Positions 39,520 through 51,840 of a DNA stretch of 64,000 bases are shown here, one piece after another. A model generated the notes under the pieces. The model did no database searches and was not told the origin of the DNA. It saw only the letters and a program-made list of their open reading frames with translations. The number at the start of each line of letters is the position of its first letter. Position 1 is the first letter of the stretch. This DNA comes from Eledone cirrhosa (Eukaryota). Made by a program: the position numbers and the translations under genes. The stretch is from assembly GCA_964016885.1 (NCBI GenBank), contig OZ024752.1:35216001-35280000 (forward strand), given 5' to 3'.

Positions 39520-39600
39520 GGCTGGCTGTTGCAGCAGGTGCCGCTTGCCATTGACCGTGGGAATGCTTTTGCGGTCTTGTCCGCGGGGCACAGCCCCAAT
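39520..39600 (+). mobile_element. CRE-like retrotransposon C-terminal fragment
   Basis: WLLQQVPLAIDRGNAFAVLSAG. Confidence 0.55.
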
Positions 39601-39883
39601 ACCGTCGAGCCCTAGACTCAGAGCTCAACCTCCCTCCTCATTCTTCTGTGACAATAGAGCCCTTGTTGATTCCTTCCTTTTCCGTATTTTAAAAATATTT
39701 TATTTTACATTCGAATCGTTCTTCTCAAGTGAAATATAAATTCATTGACGTTTGCATATTTAAAAACTGAACTATTATTTCAGAATTATATAGTTTCACA
39801 TAATATGCAAATTACAATCCTCGTAAAATAATATAATATATATTTCGTTTACATTTGAAATGAATGTTGTTCACTTCAAATAA

Positions 39884-39953
<70 letters not shown>

Positions 39954-40557
39954 CTTTCATTTGAAGTGTATTAATATATTGTATTTGTTTTAATAATATG
40001 TTCATCGCCAATAAACTGAAATAACAGCATTTTAATTTTTCACAAAGTGAAACAATTGATGCTCACAAATGTAGATAATATAAATTTTGAATATATTTGT
40101 ATCAACCCCCACCGCCAAGCAAGTGTTTTGGCCCTTCATTCCTCCTAACACTCTAAAGGAGCCGGCCCCACCTAGGTCATGACTCCTAGCTGTCTCCCTG
40201 CTGTTTTTTCTCCTCCCCCAGGAAGTGATCTTGTTTCCCATTCCGTTAGTTTACACCACTCGACCACAAAGACAATCGGTATAACTAACACTTTGTATCT
40301 GTTTAAACAGCAATGTTCGTGACTTGATATATCTTAACTTAGTTCCAGTTGTCATTCCTCTTTGACCAAAGCCACATTGAGCTTTCCTCAGCTGTCACCG
40401 ACAGACTTTTGATCGTTTCTGTTCTTTTTTTTTACCTTAGTAGTTGGCACATGGAAGCTGTGATAAATCCTCGTGTACCAACTTCCACAGGCTTTATTAT
40501 GCCTTGATACTCTTCTCTCGTCATCTCTCTGGTGATGTCTTCCTACTTCCTTATCTT

Positions 40558-40671
40558 CTACTCAGGAGTTTCACCTATGCACTCGCATGATCACCACCAG
40601 ATAGGACTAAATTTAGTCTTGTCTGATGATCATGCGAGTGCCCAAGTGAAACTTCAATGTAACAAGACTCA
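40558..40671. ncRNA. Palindromic element with two divergent hammerhead motifs (+ strand core intact)
   Basis: AGTCTTGT-CTGATGA-..-GAAA-CTTCAAT-GTA-ACAAGACT on + (8-bp stem I); degenerate mirror copy on -. Confidence 0.6.
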
Positions 40672-41377
40672 TTCTATCCGACGTTATAACAACTCTGCTA
40701 ATTCACCACCTTAATATAAGGTTAAATGCAGTAAAAATAATTCACATTAGAATATATAAGAATCGAAACATTTCATTTCCTTGAATTGTGTTTTCAAATT
40801 TCTCTCTCTTGTAGCAAGAATTTTCCATTTAATTCTCTAAGTTGGTTTCTTTAAATATGTTTTTGCCGAGTTTTTCCTTTTTTTATTTATAAATTATATT
40901 TTAAAAGCTGCGATTTGCGTCCTTTTGTATTTCAAATTCAGATTCTATATATTATCACTATATATTATCACTATTTATTAACCGTTGATTCTTTAAATAG
41001 AAATCCACTTTAAAAAGAATAGGTGTCAATGAAGTCCCCATTCAATATATATTTCTGAGATTTGTGTGATTCTTAAGACAAACTTAAGAGAATGACAAGA
41101 ACACTTAATTTCTTTCACAGAGGAATATTCTCAATTAAACTAGGATTCAATAATGATTGATTTATTTATGTTTATTTTCTTCAAAATATATTTTAAAATA
41201 ATATAAATTAAGTGAAATTTCGTTATATTTATGATACTTATTGTCCCTATATGTATGCCCTTGTGGGCCCTTGTGGCCAATAGAGCCCCTCCCAACCTTC
41301 TGTAACCCTAGAATCCTTGCCCTTCCCTATTTATTGTATTTCAGTTTCAGTTCAAATTCTGTTTCTTTCTCTGCGGG

Positions 41378-41840
41378 GTTTGGATTGGCAGAATCGGTAG
41401 AGCGTCAGAGGCCATGCTTTGCAACATAGAGTTACGTCCCTTTACGGTCTGAGTTCAAATCCTGCTGAGGTTAACTTTGCCTTTCATCCTTACAGGGTCG
41501 ATAAAATAAAGCACCAGTACATTACTGGTACTTTATTTTATCGACCCCGTAAGGATGAAAGGCAAAGTTAACCTCGGCGGGATTTGAACTCAGACCGTAA
41601 AGGGACGTAACTCTATGCTGGAAATCATGGCGTCCGACTCGCTACCTATACAGAATGGAAAGGGCCGTAACTCTATGCGTCAAAGCATGGCGTCCGACCC
41701 TCTACCGATACTGCCAATCCACCGCTCTAATCCAATAATTGTTTCTATTTTAGGCACAAGGTCAGCAATTACCCAGTGTATTACTGGTACTTTATTTTAT
41801 CGACCCCGTAAGGATGAAAGGCAAAGTTAACCTCGGCGCT
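41378..41840. mobile_element. Abutting inverted Meta-like SINE fragments
   Basis: The + copy (41378-41520) directly abuts the - copy (41521-41650). Confidence 0.85.
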
Positions 41841-42402
41841 CTAATCCAATAATAATATTAAAACACATTAGAAATCCTTTACATATACTCAGCTTTACGA
41901 GTGTTTTGTTAATATCTAAATCATCTGTTAATGACAAAAGAAGTAGGCATAACTACAATTTAATGAACCAAACTTCCCCGAGTTTGTTTCCTCGTAGCTT
42001 TCTTAATAATACATATTTATTTTTTTCAACGAAAATTTACCAGGATGTAGATTATGATTAATTTTCTGTATTGTATAACGTTCCGTTCGTTAATTTACTG
42101 GATACTTTCGATTTGTGTTTGTAATTGGCTAAACGTAAACTTGGAAATGTTTTCATAATGTCTTCCAATTTTATGTTGATAATCAATAATGTCATAGATT
42201 TTTCTATAGGAACGCAATATCATTTCTACACCTATCAAATTGAAATATACATATATACGGGATAACAAAATATCGTTATAGGTAATCCAGTTAGAGGTTG
42301 TGAACACCTAGATCCGAATTGCAATATATATATATATATATTGCAATTCGGATCTAGGTGTCGAAACGGCCGGAGCTCAGCCGTCGGGGTCTTGACTCTT
42401 TT

Positions 42403-42440
<38 letters not shown>

Positions 42441-42777
42441 TAATATTGCCAGAAATAATAACAGAACACACTCACTCTTTGGTTTGGGTTGGTTTTCGCT
42501 TCTGTATCTTTTATATCTCCATAGTTAATTTATTTTGCAATCAATGTTTACCATTGATTGACCAGCGGTTAAAACACACACACACACACTGTCTATCAAA
42601 GTTCTTTCGTCGCACATCTGCGACATCATCAGTGGTACTATTATATTTCCTCCCATTGTATTGTATTGTAATGGCTACGTCATTTTTATTCTCTCTCTCT
42701 CTCTCTCTATAACAAATAGTTTATCGCTCTACATGGCTGAATACAATAAATGTAATCTGAGTTTTTCGAATTATTAA

Positions 42778-42967
42778 TAATTGTTTCTACTTTAGGCACA
42801 AGGCCAGCAATTACCCAGTGCATTACTGGTACTTTATTTTATCGACCCCGTAAGGATGGAAGGCAAAGTCAACCTCGGCGGGATTTGAACTCAGACCGTA
42901 AAGGGACGTAACTATGCTGGAAAGCATTGCGTCGGACCCTCTACCGATACTGCCAATCCACCGCCCT
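42778..42967 (-). mobile_element. Full-length Meta-domain-like tRNA-SINE
   Basis: Complete; ttattaataat duplicated at both ends. Confidence 0.9.
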
Positions 42968-44257
42968 ATTATTAATAATAATATTCGATTCGTTTGCTCT
43001 TATGCACACAGCCTCTTTAAAGCCATGTCAGTAGAATGACATCGTCATTCTTGCTCTTGGGTTGGCATGTAAACAGAACTGCAGACACTAATGTTTCTGG
43101 GTGATTACCCTTCACCAGTACAGTATACTGTTTACCTGCCAACTGTCAGAGCTAGTGAAAATATATTTAAAGAGTTACTGCTTGACGGCTGAGCTCATGC
43201 CGTTTCGATGTGGAGTTGTCCACTTGCGTGAATTCTACATTTTAAAATGATGGATCTTAAATATATTAACATAAAAGAAACACTTGAAAAATGTTTTATG
43301 ACCACCCCCATCATCGTTGATAATATATGCATGGTCCTTTAACTCCTAAGGGAGTCATAGGTGTGCCGTATTCGCATACAGGGTTTCTAGGGCATTTTAA
43401 AAAAACCTGGCGGAGTCCATCCCCTCTCCAGGTCTGAATACAGCAGATTTCTTCAAGAGAAAGATATAGAGTGGGCGAGAAAGACATATAGAGGAAGAAT
43501 CGACTCCAGAACTTGATTGGTTATTTATTTTTTATCGACCTCGAATGGATGAAAGGCAAAGTTGACTTCGGCGGGATTTGAACTCAGAGAGCAGAATGCC
43601 GATGTTCTAACTACTCTGCCAATTTGCAGCCGCCTCCAGGGAGGAGGTACAAAGGAAAGTGAAGCCTCAAAAATATAAAAACCGGAGAAGTCGAAGGCGA
43701 AGTAAGCCGTATTTAATACAGCTAACTTTAAGATAAAGTGAACTCATTACAGGTTAATTGTAGACATTTTATTGAAGTATTTGGACGGTTAAATTCCCCC
43801 GATTGACCGGTAGTTTGTGGCTTTTTTCCCCCGGTTGGGAATCTTGGTGACTTTATTTTAATATCTATTTGTATAGATTAGAGTGTTACCCATCATATTT
43901 AAAACAGTATTTTAAACATTTTAAGACAGTAAATGCTCAAATTGGACATCGTAACAAGAACGTAGAGCATTTCATAATGATGTTATTTCATGTAGAGATG
44001 AATTACATATATAGACAAATATATTTGGTTTAGATTTTGGGGCCATCATCTATATTGTACAGATACATAAATATGTATGTATGTATGTATGTATGCATGT
44101 GTTTGTGTTTATTTGTGTGTGTGTGTGTGTATACAAACCGTAAAAACCCTCAGCGAGTGGTGAGCGGGTTCTATATCAGTAAAAGAGTTGTATATTTACA
44201 TAACGATATCTTACACTTTGTAGGTTACTGTTTAGTTTCATACCTGAGCAGATGTAG

Positions 44258-44557
44258 GGATGTATAGCCCACATAATGGTATATATAGCCCACATAATGG
44301 TATATATAGCGCACATAATGGTATATATAGCCCACATAATGGTATATATAGCCCACATAATGGTATGTATAGTCCACATAATGGTATATATAGCGCACAT
44401 AATGGTATATATAGCCCACATAATGGTATATATAGCGCACATAATGGTATATATAGCCCACATAATGGTATATATAGCCCACATAATGGTATGTATAGTC
44501 CACATAATGGTATATATAGCCCACATAATGGTATATATAGCCCACATAATGGTATAT
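44258..44557. repeat. 21-bp minisatellite (ggtatatatagcccacataat), ~14 copies
   Basis: Direct inspection. Confidence 0.95.
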
Positions 44558-44713
44558 ATATATATTTAAATTTTGAAGACCAACACAAGTCGTATGGAGA
44601 ATGTTAGATTTAACATTCTTCATACGCATTGTGTTGGTCTTCAAAATTTTAATTTGTGTTTCCTATTAAACAATGCTTCAAGCAAGCTACAAAGCTCTTA
44701 TATTTATATATAT

Positions 44714-44904
44714 ATATTGTTATACTTTGGGAGGGTCATGTTGCCAATAAGAAACACACGCACCAGTTGCTTTCACTTCAATTTATTATATATTTATAAA
44801 TTTATAAATTTATTATAAATTTATTATAATAATAAATTGAAGTGAAAGCAACTGGTGCGTGTGTTTCTTATTGGCAACATGACCCTCCCAAAGTATAACA
44901 ATAT
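44714..44904. repeat. Perfect ~76-bp inverted repeat with AT-rich spacer
   Basis: Arms 44714-44789 and 44829-44904; the right arm and its continuation also occur at 39155-39290. Confidence 0.9.
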
Positions 44905-45010
44905 CGGTTTCAACACACGATTTCAGATAAAGAATCTTGCTAAACAAATTCAGAAACGAAAAATATATATATATATATATATATTCATTCATTTATTATG
45001 GCTAAGTAGT

Positions 45011-45270
45011 GAGTCCTGTTACTCAGGAGTTTCACCTGCAGATCACCCGAAGAATCATCAGGCAAGACTAAATCTAGTCTTTAATGATTGTTTCTAGTTT
45101 TGGCACAAGGCCAGAAATTACGCCAGTGCATTACTGGTACTTTATTTTATCGACCCCGTAAGGATGAAAGTCAAAGCATAGTTGCGTCCGACCCTCCGCC
45201 AACCCACCGCCCTAGTCTTTAATGGTGATCATACGAGTGAACAGATGAAACTCTAAAGCAACAAGACTCA
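45011..45270. ncRNA. Second copy of the double-hammerhead palindrome (- strand core intact), split by a SINE at 45087-45212
   Basis: Minus strand AGTCTTGC-CTGATGA-..-GAAA-CTCCTGAG-TA-ACAGGACT; SINE flanked by tagtctttaatg duplication. Confidence 0.6.
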
Positions 45271-45350
45271 CTACTTAACCATAATAAATGAATATTTAAA
45301 CGCTACTTCGGTATTGAGTACTTTTTTTCTCTCGTCCGTCAACTACATAC

Positions 45351-45385
<35 letters not shown>

Positions 45386-45424
45386 GAGCGTTTCAGATAC
45401 ATTTTTCTGTTTCTTTCCAAGTGG

Positions 45425-45587
45425 TTATACTTTTTGTTTTGTTCGGATTGGTTTGAGTGGTTGGCGGCCCAAGATCATATCTGCTGCTTTCTCGGCAATC
45501 ATTATAGTAGCTGCATTGGTCTTTGAACTTGTAATTTCTGGCATAACCGAAGCATCAACAACTCTTAATTTGGCAATACCTTTCACT
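45425..45587 (-). CDS. GMC oxidoreductase terminal exon
   Basis: [54 protein letters not shown]. Confidence 0.95.
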
Positions 45588-48108
45588 CTGTAAAGAGAAT
45601 GTAATAGGAATTTGAGATCGAAATTTGAAACGAAACTTCTCGATTAATAACGGTTTCTGATTGAGGTACAAGATGAGATTTGAGCTCAGGACGTAAAGGG
45701 CCGTAACAATGTAGTGGTTTGTTTCTGATTGAGGTACAAGATGGGGTTTGAGCTCAGGACGTAAAGGGCCGTAACAATGTAGTGGTTTTTGATTTAGGCA
45801 CAAGATGGGGTTTGAGCTGAGAACGTAAAGGGCCGTAACAATATAGTGGTTTCTGATTGAGGTACAAGATGGGGTTTGAGCTGAGAACGTAAAGGGCCGT
45901 AACAATGTAGTGGTTTCTGATTGAGGCACAAGATGGGGTTTGAGCTCAGGACGTAAAGGGCCGTAACAATGTAGTGGTTTTTGATTTAGGCACAAGATGG
46001 GGTTTGAGCTGAGAACGTAAAGGGCCGTAACAATATAGTGGTTTCTGATTGAGGTACAAGATGGGGTTTGAGCTGAGAACGTAAAGGGCCGTAACAATAT
46101 AGTGGTTTCTGATTGAGGCACAAGATGGGGTTTGAGCTGAGAACGTAAAGGGTCGTAACAATATAGTGGTTTCTGATTGAGGCACAAGATGGGGTTTGAG
46201 CTGAGAACGTAAAGGGCCGTAACAATATAGTGGTTTCTGATTGAGGCACAAGATGGGGTTTGAGCTGAGAACGTAAAGGGCCGTAACAATGTAGTGGTTT
46301 CTGATTGAGGCACAAGATGGGGTTTGAGCTGAGAACGTAAAGGGCCGTAACAATATAGTGGTTTCTGATTTAGGCACAAGATGGGGTTTGATTTCAGAAC
46401 GTAAAGGGCCGTAACAATATAGTGGTTTCTGATTGAGGTACAAGATGGGGTTTGAGCTCAGAACGTAAAGGGCCGTAACAATATAGTGGTTTCTGATTTA
46501 GGTACAAGATGGGGTTTGATTTCAGAACGTAAAGGGTCGTAACAATATAGTGGTTTCTGATTGAGGTACAAGATGGGGTTTGATTTCAGAACGTAAAGGG
46601 TCGTAACAATATAGTGGTTTCTGATTTAGGTACAAGATGGGGTTTGATTTCAGAACGTAAAGGGTCGTAACAATATAGTGGTTTCTGATTTAGGTACAAG
46701 ATGGGGTTTGATTTCAGAACGTAAAGGGTCGTAACAATATAGTGGTTTCTGATTGAGGTACAAGATGGGGTTTGATTTCAGAACGTAAAGGGTCGTAACA
46801 ATATAGTGGTTTCTGATTTAGGTACAAGATGGGGTTTGATTTCAGAACGTAAAGGGTCGTAACAATATAGTGGTTTCTGATTTAGGTACAAGATGGGGTT
46901 TGATTTCAGAACGTAAAGGGTCGTAACAATATAGTGGTTTCTGATTTAGGTACAAGATGGGGTTTGATTTCAGAACGTAAAGGGTCGTAACAATATAGTG
47001 GTTTCTGATTGAGGTACAAGATGGGGTTTGATTTCAGAACGTAAAGGGTCGTAACAATATAGTGGTTTCTGATTTAGGTACAAGATGGGGTTTGATTTCA
47101 GAACGTAAAGGGTCGTAACAATATAGTGGTTTCTGATTTAGGTACAAGATGGGGTTTGATTTCAGAACGTAAAGGGTCGTAACAATATAGTGGTTTCTGA
47201 TTTAGGTACAAGGCCAACAATTTTGGGGGGAGAGGAAAGTCGTTTACATCGACCCCAGTGCATTACTGGTATTTTATTTTATCGACCTCGTAAGGATGAA
47301 AGGCAAAGTTAACTTCGGTTGGATTTGAACTCAGAACGTAAAGGGACGTAACTATATATCACAAAGCATGTTGCCCGACGCTCTACCGATACTGCCCTTT
47401 ATGGTTTCTGATTTTCGGCACAAGACCAACCATTTTTTTTTGGGGGGGGGGAGTCGATTAAATCGACCACAGAATAATAATTGTTTCTACTTTAGGCACA
47501 AGGCCAGCAATTACCCAGTGCATTACTGGTACTTTATTTTATCGACCCCGTAAGGATGAAAGGCAAAGTCAACCTCGGCGGGATTTGAACTCAGATCGTA
47601 AAGGGACGTAACTATGCTGGAAAGCATGGCGTCTGACCCTCTACCGATACTGCCAATCATATATAATGAAAATATTTTTTTAACCCGATTTTGTTTTTTA
47701 ATAGAGAAGGGCCTCAAATTTCATATAGCTTGGGGCCTCAATAGGTGAAAGTCTGGCCCTGTTAACTATGATACATTTAATATATTTTCCACATATAACT
47801 TCTGCCTGGTTACCTGCTTAGCTCAGTTGGAGGAACACAAGGTTCTTTATCTCGGGGTCGTGACTTTAAATCTCAAGTTAGGTGTAATTCGTCCTTTCAT
47901 TAACCAGTAAGGGTTTGTTAGCCAAATGATGCAGTCTCTACATGATAGTACAACTTGCTAGAAATAGCAACCACATCTCCCGCAAATCACACCATACCGT
48001 GTTGAAAAACGAAGGACGTATTGAATAATATAATATCTTAATATCTTAGATATATTATGCTTGAACAAAACTGTATTTTTATGGATAAAATACATAAAAC
48101 TATTTGAT

Positions 48109-48141
<33 letters not shown>

Positions 48142-51100
48142 ACATATTTAGAATGCTTTAATATAACTTGTGCAAACATTGTCATTAATAGAAATGTAAT
48201 GATATCACTATTAAAAGGAATGGAAACAATAATTCCGACTATTGCATCTCACCTACTACTTAATATATCGAATTTTGTAAACATATCCGGAGTTTGAAAT
48301 TCTACCCTCAGACGGCAGTACCCTTACATTTATGTTTTACATCGTTTTCTCCTGTAAATTACAAAGGTCTTTAAATATATTTTGTCACTCTCCGACGATA
48401 TCTTATCTGACTTTAATAGAAAGTGTTCCTAGTTCAAGTGACCCCCTCCCCCTCCACCTTCAAGTGACGCTACAGTACGTGCCATGCTTTTGTTAACATT
48501 GTAAACATTTTAAATTTGAAACAATTTTGTAAACATTTCCGGAGTTTGAAATTCCACTCTCAGACGACAATATCCATACTGTTACGTTTCACACCGTTAT
48601 CTCTTCTCCATTACAGATGGTCTTTAATATTTCTGAACTAGCAAGCTACTGTGTACACACGCATACACGCCTCGTCCTTCCATCCATCCACGCCTATTTC
48701 ACATAACTGTCTTCTCACTTTCTTTGTGGAATTTATTGACTGATGAGATTTAATACAGCGAATGTTTGGTTTGATTAAAGTGTTGATTGACGTCTCCAAG
48801 TACATGTGAATGAATCAAGAAGAAATTCCAATGTGCACTAAGTCGAGGGTCAAGAGGTGTAACTAGGGTACTGCAAGCATGGCAAGTGGCATGGACGCCA
48901 CTTGAAGGGAGCGCTTTCTATTAAAGTCAGATAAGTTATTAGTCGGAGAGTGAAAAAAAGAAACTTCTTCAGATGTAAGATCTATCTTTAATTATCTTGG
49001 TTGAGAAGTACTATGGTGGCTGGGTCATCGAACCATTTATATAAATTATTAGGTCTATAGTAGACCTGCCAACCTAAAAAAAAAACCAAACGGCGTGTAG
49101 CAAGAAAAAAGTTACCCCAAAACGGGGCAAATGAGGCAAAATAGGGAGATTTTACATAATGAAAGCTATACCCATTTTCACAAGAGAAAACATATCCCAC
49201 CCACTCCAAAGTGGGTGGGAGATCTCCCCATCAGACGGGGAAAGTTGACAGGTCTGCCATAGGTAATTTGGACAGGGGCGCAATTTCATTACTTACCATA
49301 GGCGCTATTTTCCCTTGTAATACTTCTGAGTACAAGTATAACTCGGCTTATGTAGTTTCGAGTTTCGTCATTTTCGAAGTTACGGTAATTTTTCTTAATA
49401 TTATATGGCAAAAATAAACCTTGTGTTATGTCGACTGACTCAACTTTACATAGGTCTGACAAAAATATTAAACATTGTATGAATAATTTCATATCATCAC
49501 AGAATATATCAGACCTATCAACAGTTCTCGTCCGACTGGGAGATCTCCCACCCACTTTGGGGTGGGTGAGAGATATCTTCTCGTGTGAAAATGTGTATAG
49601 CTTTCATTATGTAAAATATCCCCAAGGGCGGTGGATTGGCAGTATCGGTAAGGGCGGTGGATTGGCAGTATCGGTAGAGGGTCGGACGCCATGCTTTCCA
49701 GCATAGTTACATCCCTTTACGATCTGAGTTCAAATCCCGCCGAGGTTGACTTTGCCTTTCATCCTTACGGGGTCGATAAAAATAAAGTACCAGTAATGCA
49801 CTGGGTAATTGCTGGCCTTGTGCCTAAAGTAGAAACAATTATGTAAAATATCCCCAAGGGCGGTAGATTGGCAGTATCGGTAGAGGGTCGGACGCCATGC
49901 TTTCCAGCATAGTTACATCCCTTTACGATTCAGCCGAGGTTGACTTTGCCTTTCATCCTTACGGGGTCGATAAAATAAAGTACCAGTAATGCACTGGCTA
50001 ATTGCTGGCCTTGTGCCTAAAGTAGAAACAATTATGTAAAATATCCCCAAGGGCGGTAGATTGGCAGTATCGGTAGAGGGTCGGACGCCATGCTTTCCAG
50101 CATAGTTACATCCCTTTACGATTCAGCCGAGGTTGACTTTGCCTTTCATCCTTACGGGGTCGATAAAATAAAGTACCAGTAATGCACTGGCTAATTGCTG
50201 GCCTTGTGCCTAAAGTAGAAACAATTATGTAAAATATCCCCATTTGTCCTCATTTCTCCTCGCTTTGGGGCACTTTATTTCATGGTACTCTCAGTTTGGG
50301 TCTTTAGAGGTTGGCAGGTCTGGTATCTAAACATTTTAAATAAAGCAAACAATCTTTAGACAAAACAGAATTGAAATCACATCACTGACTAACCTTAACT
50401 GTGGATCTACGACCGATGTGGAATCATTGACTACACCCATTCTGCATGTCGATGTAGGGTGGTACATGACAAAGGTGTAATGCCGAACCAAACAGCCCCA
50501 GTAATCGTCTGTCTCAAACGGATATTGAGAACAAATGGGATGAAGCTCCTCAATAAGTTCAATGCCAAGGTCTTTCATGGCTTCTGTCTGGAACATTTTA
50601 CGGACGACTCGGATACCTGAATTATAAAACAGAAAGAAAGAGTTTAATCAGGTCAATGGACTACCTAAAATGTAAAACCGAAACACGGCCTAATAAGGTT
50701 ATTCGGAGACTTAAAATATACCCCCCCCCCCCGAACCCCCCCCCCCCCCCCCCAAAAAAAAAGTACAACAAAACAAAAACGAGTAATGTCTTGAGTTCGA
50801 TTCCTGGACCAAGCAGCACGTTGTGTCTTTGAGCAAGATACTTTACTTCACGTTGCTCCAGTCCATTCAGCTGGTAAACGTGAGTTGTACCTACCTGTAA
50901 CTTAAAGAGGCCAATCAGCCTTGTCACACGCTGTCACATTGTTGAATCTCCCATTGTTGGATCAATTAAGGGTACACATATCTGTGGAATACTCAGCCAC
51001 TAATAATAGGGTCAGTCAGCCTTGTCACACGCTGTCACAATGTTGAATCTCCCATTGTTGAATCTCCTTAAGGGTACACATATCTGTGGAATACTCAGCC

Positions 51101-51806
51101 ACTTATAATAGGGTCAGTCAGCCCTGTCACACACTGTCACATTGAATCTCCCTGAGAACTACGATAAGTTAAAGGGTACACATGTCAGTAGAATGCTCAA
51201 TCACGTTAATTTCACAAACGGGCTGTTCCGTTGATCGAACCAACCAACTGTAAAACTCATCGTTGTGACCGACGGAGATCCAATATATCTATTTACTAGT
51301 TAGCTAAGTTTTTTTTTCAGAAGATATTTGTACACATAATAAAGAAGCTTAAACGACGAACTGTGAAGAAAATAGTATTTATATATGAGAACATAAAACT
51401 GTTTGCAGTTTACAGCCATTTGGCTTAAAATCATATTTTTTTTAATTTCCACTGAGTTATTCAAAGTACAAACTGTGCTTTGATGTTTCTTAAATTCGCC
51501 AACAACTAAGAATTGGTCTTACCTTCGCTCTATTCTTTTATTTTTGTTGAAATAAAGATAGATGAGTTTTTGTAATAATCTAGTTTATATAAGCTACGTA
51601 TGGTGGAGTTATGATCTATCAAAGGATATGGAGTAAATGAATGTAAACTGTGTAGTGGACAATACAGGCTCAGTAATTTTCCTAGAGTGGTCGGAATAAA
51701 AGGCTTCATGAAACTGCCAAAACTGTAAATTGAAATATCGTATTTCCCGTTGCCGAAGACGCTTCGTCGTCGAGGACGCACCCTAATTTTGACAACCAAA
51801 AATTTG

Positions 51807-51840
<34 letters not shown>

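Noticed and set aside
44176-44644. 7-aa repeat ORFs on both strands
   Set aside because: 21-bp minisatellite.
45555-46443. 274-, 165- and 109-aa minus-strand ORFs
   Set aside because: Read-through of the 64-bp minisatellite; the true GMC exon is in another frame.
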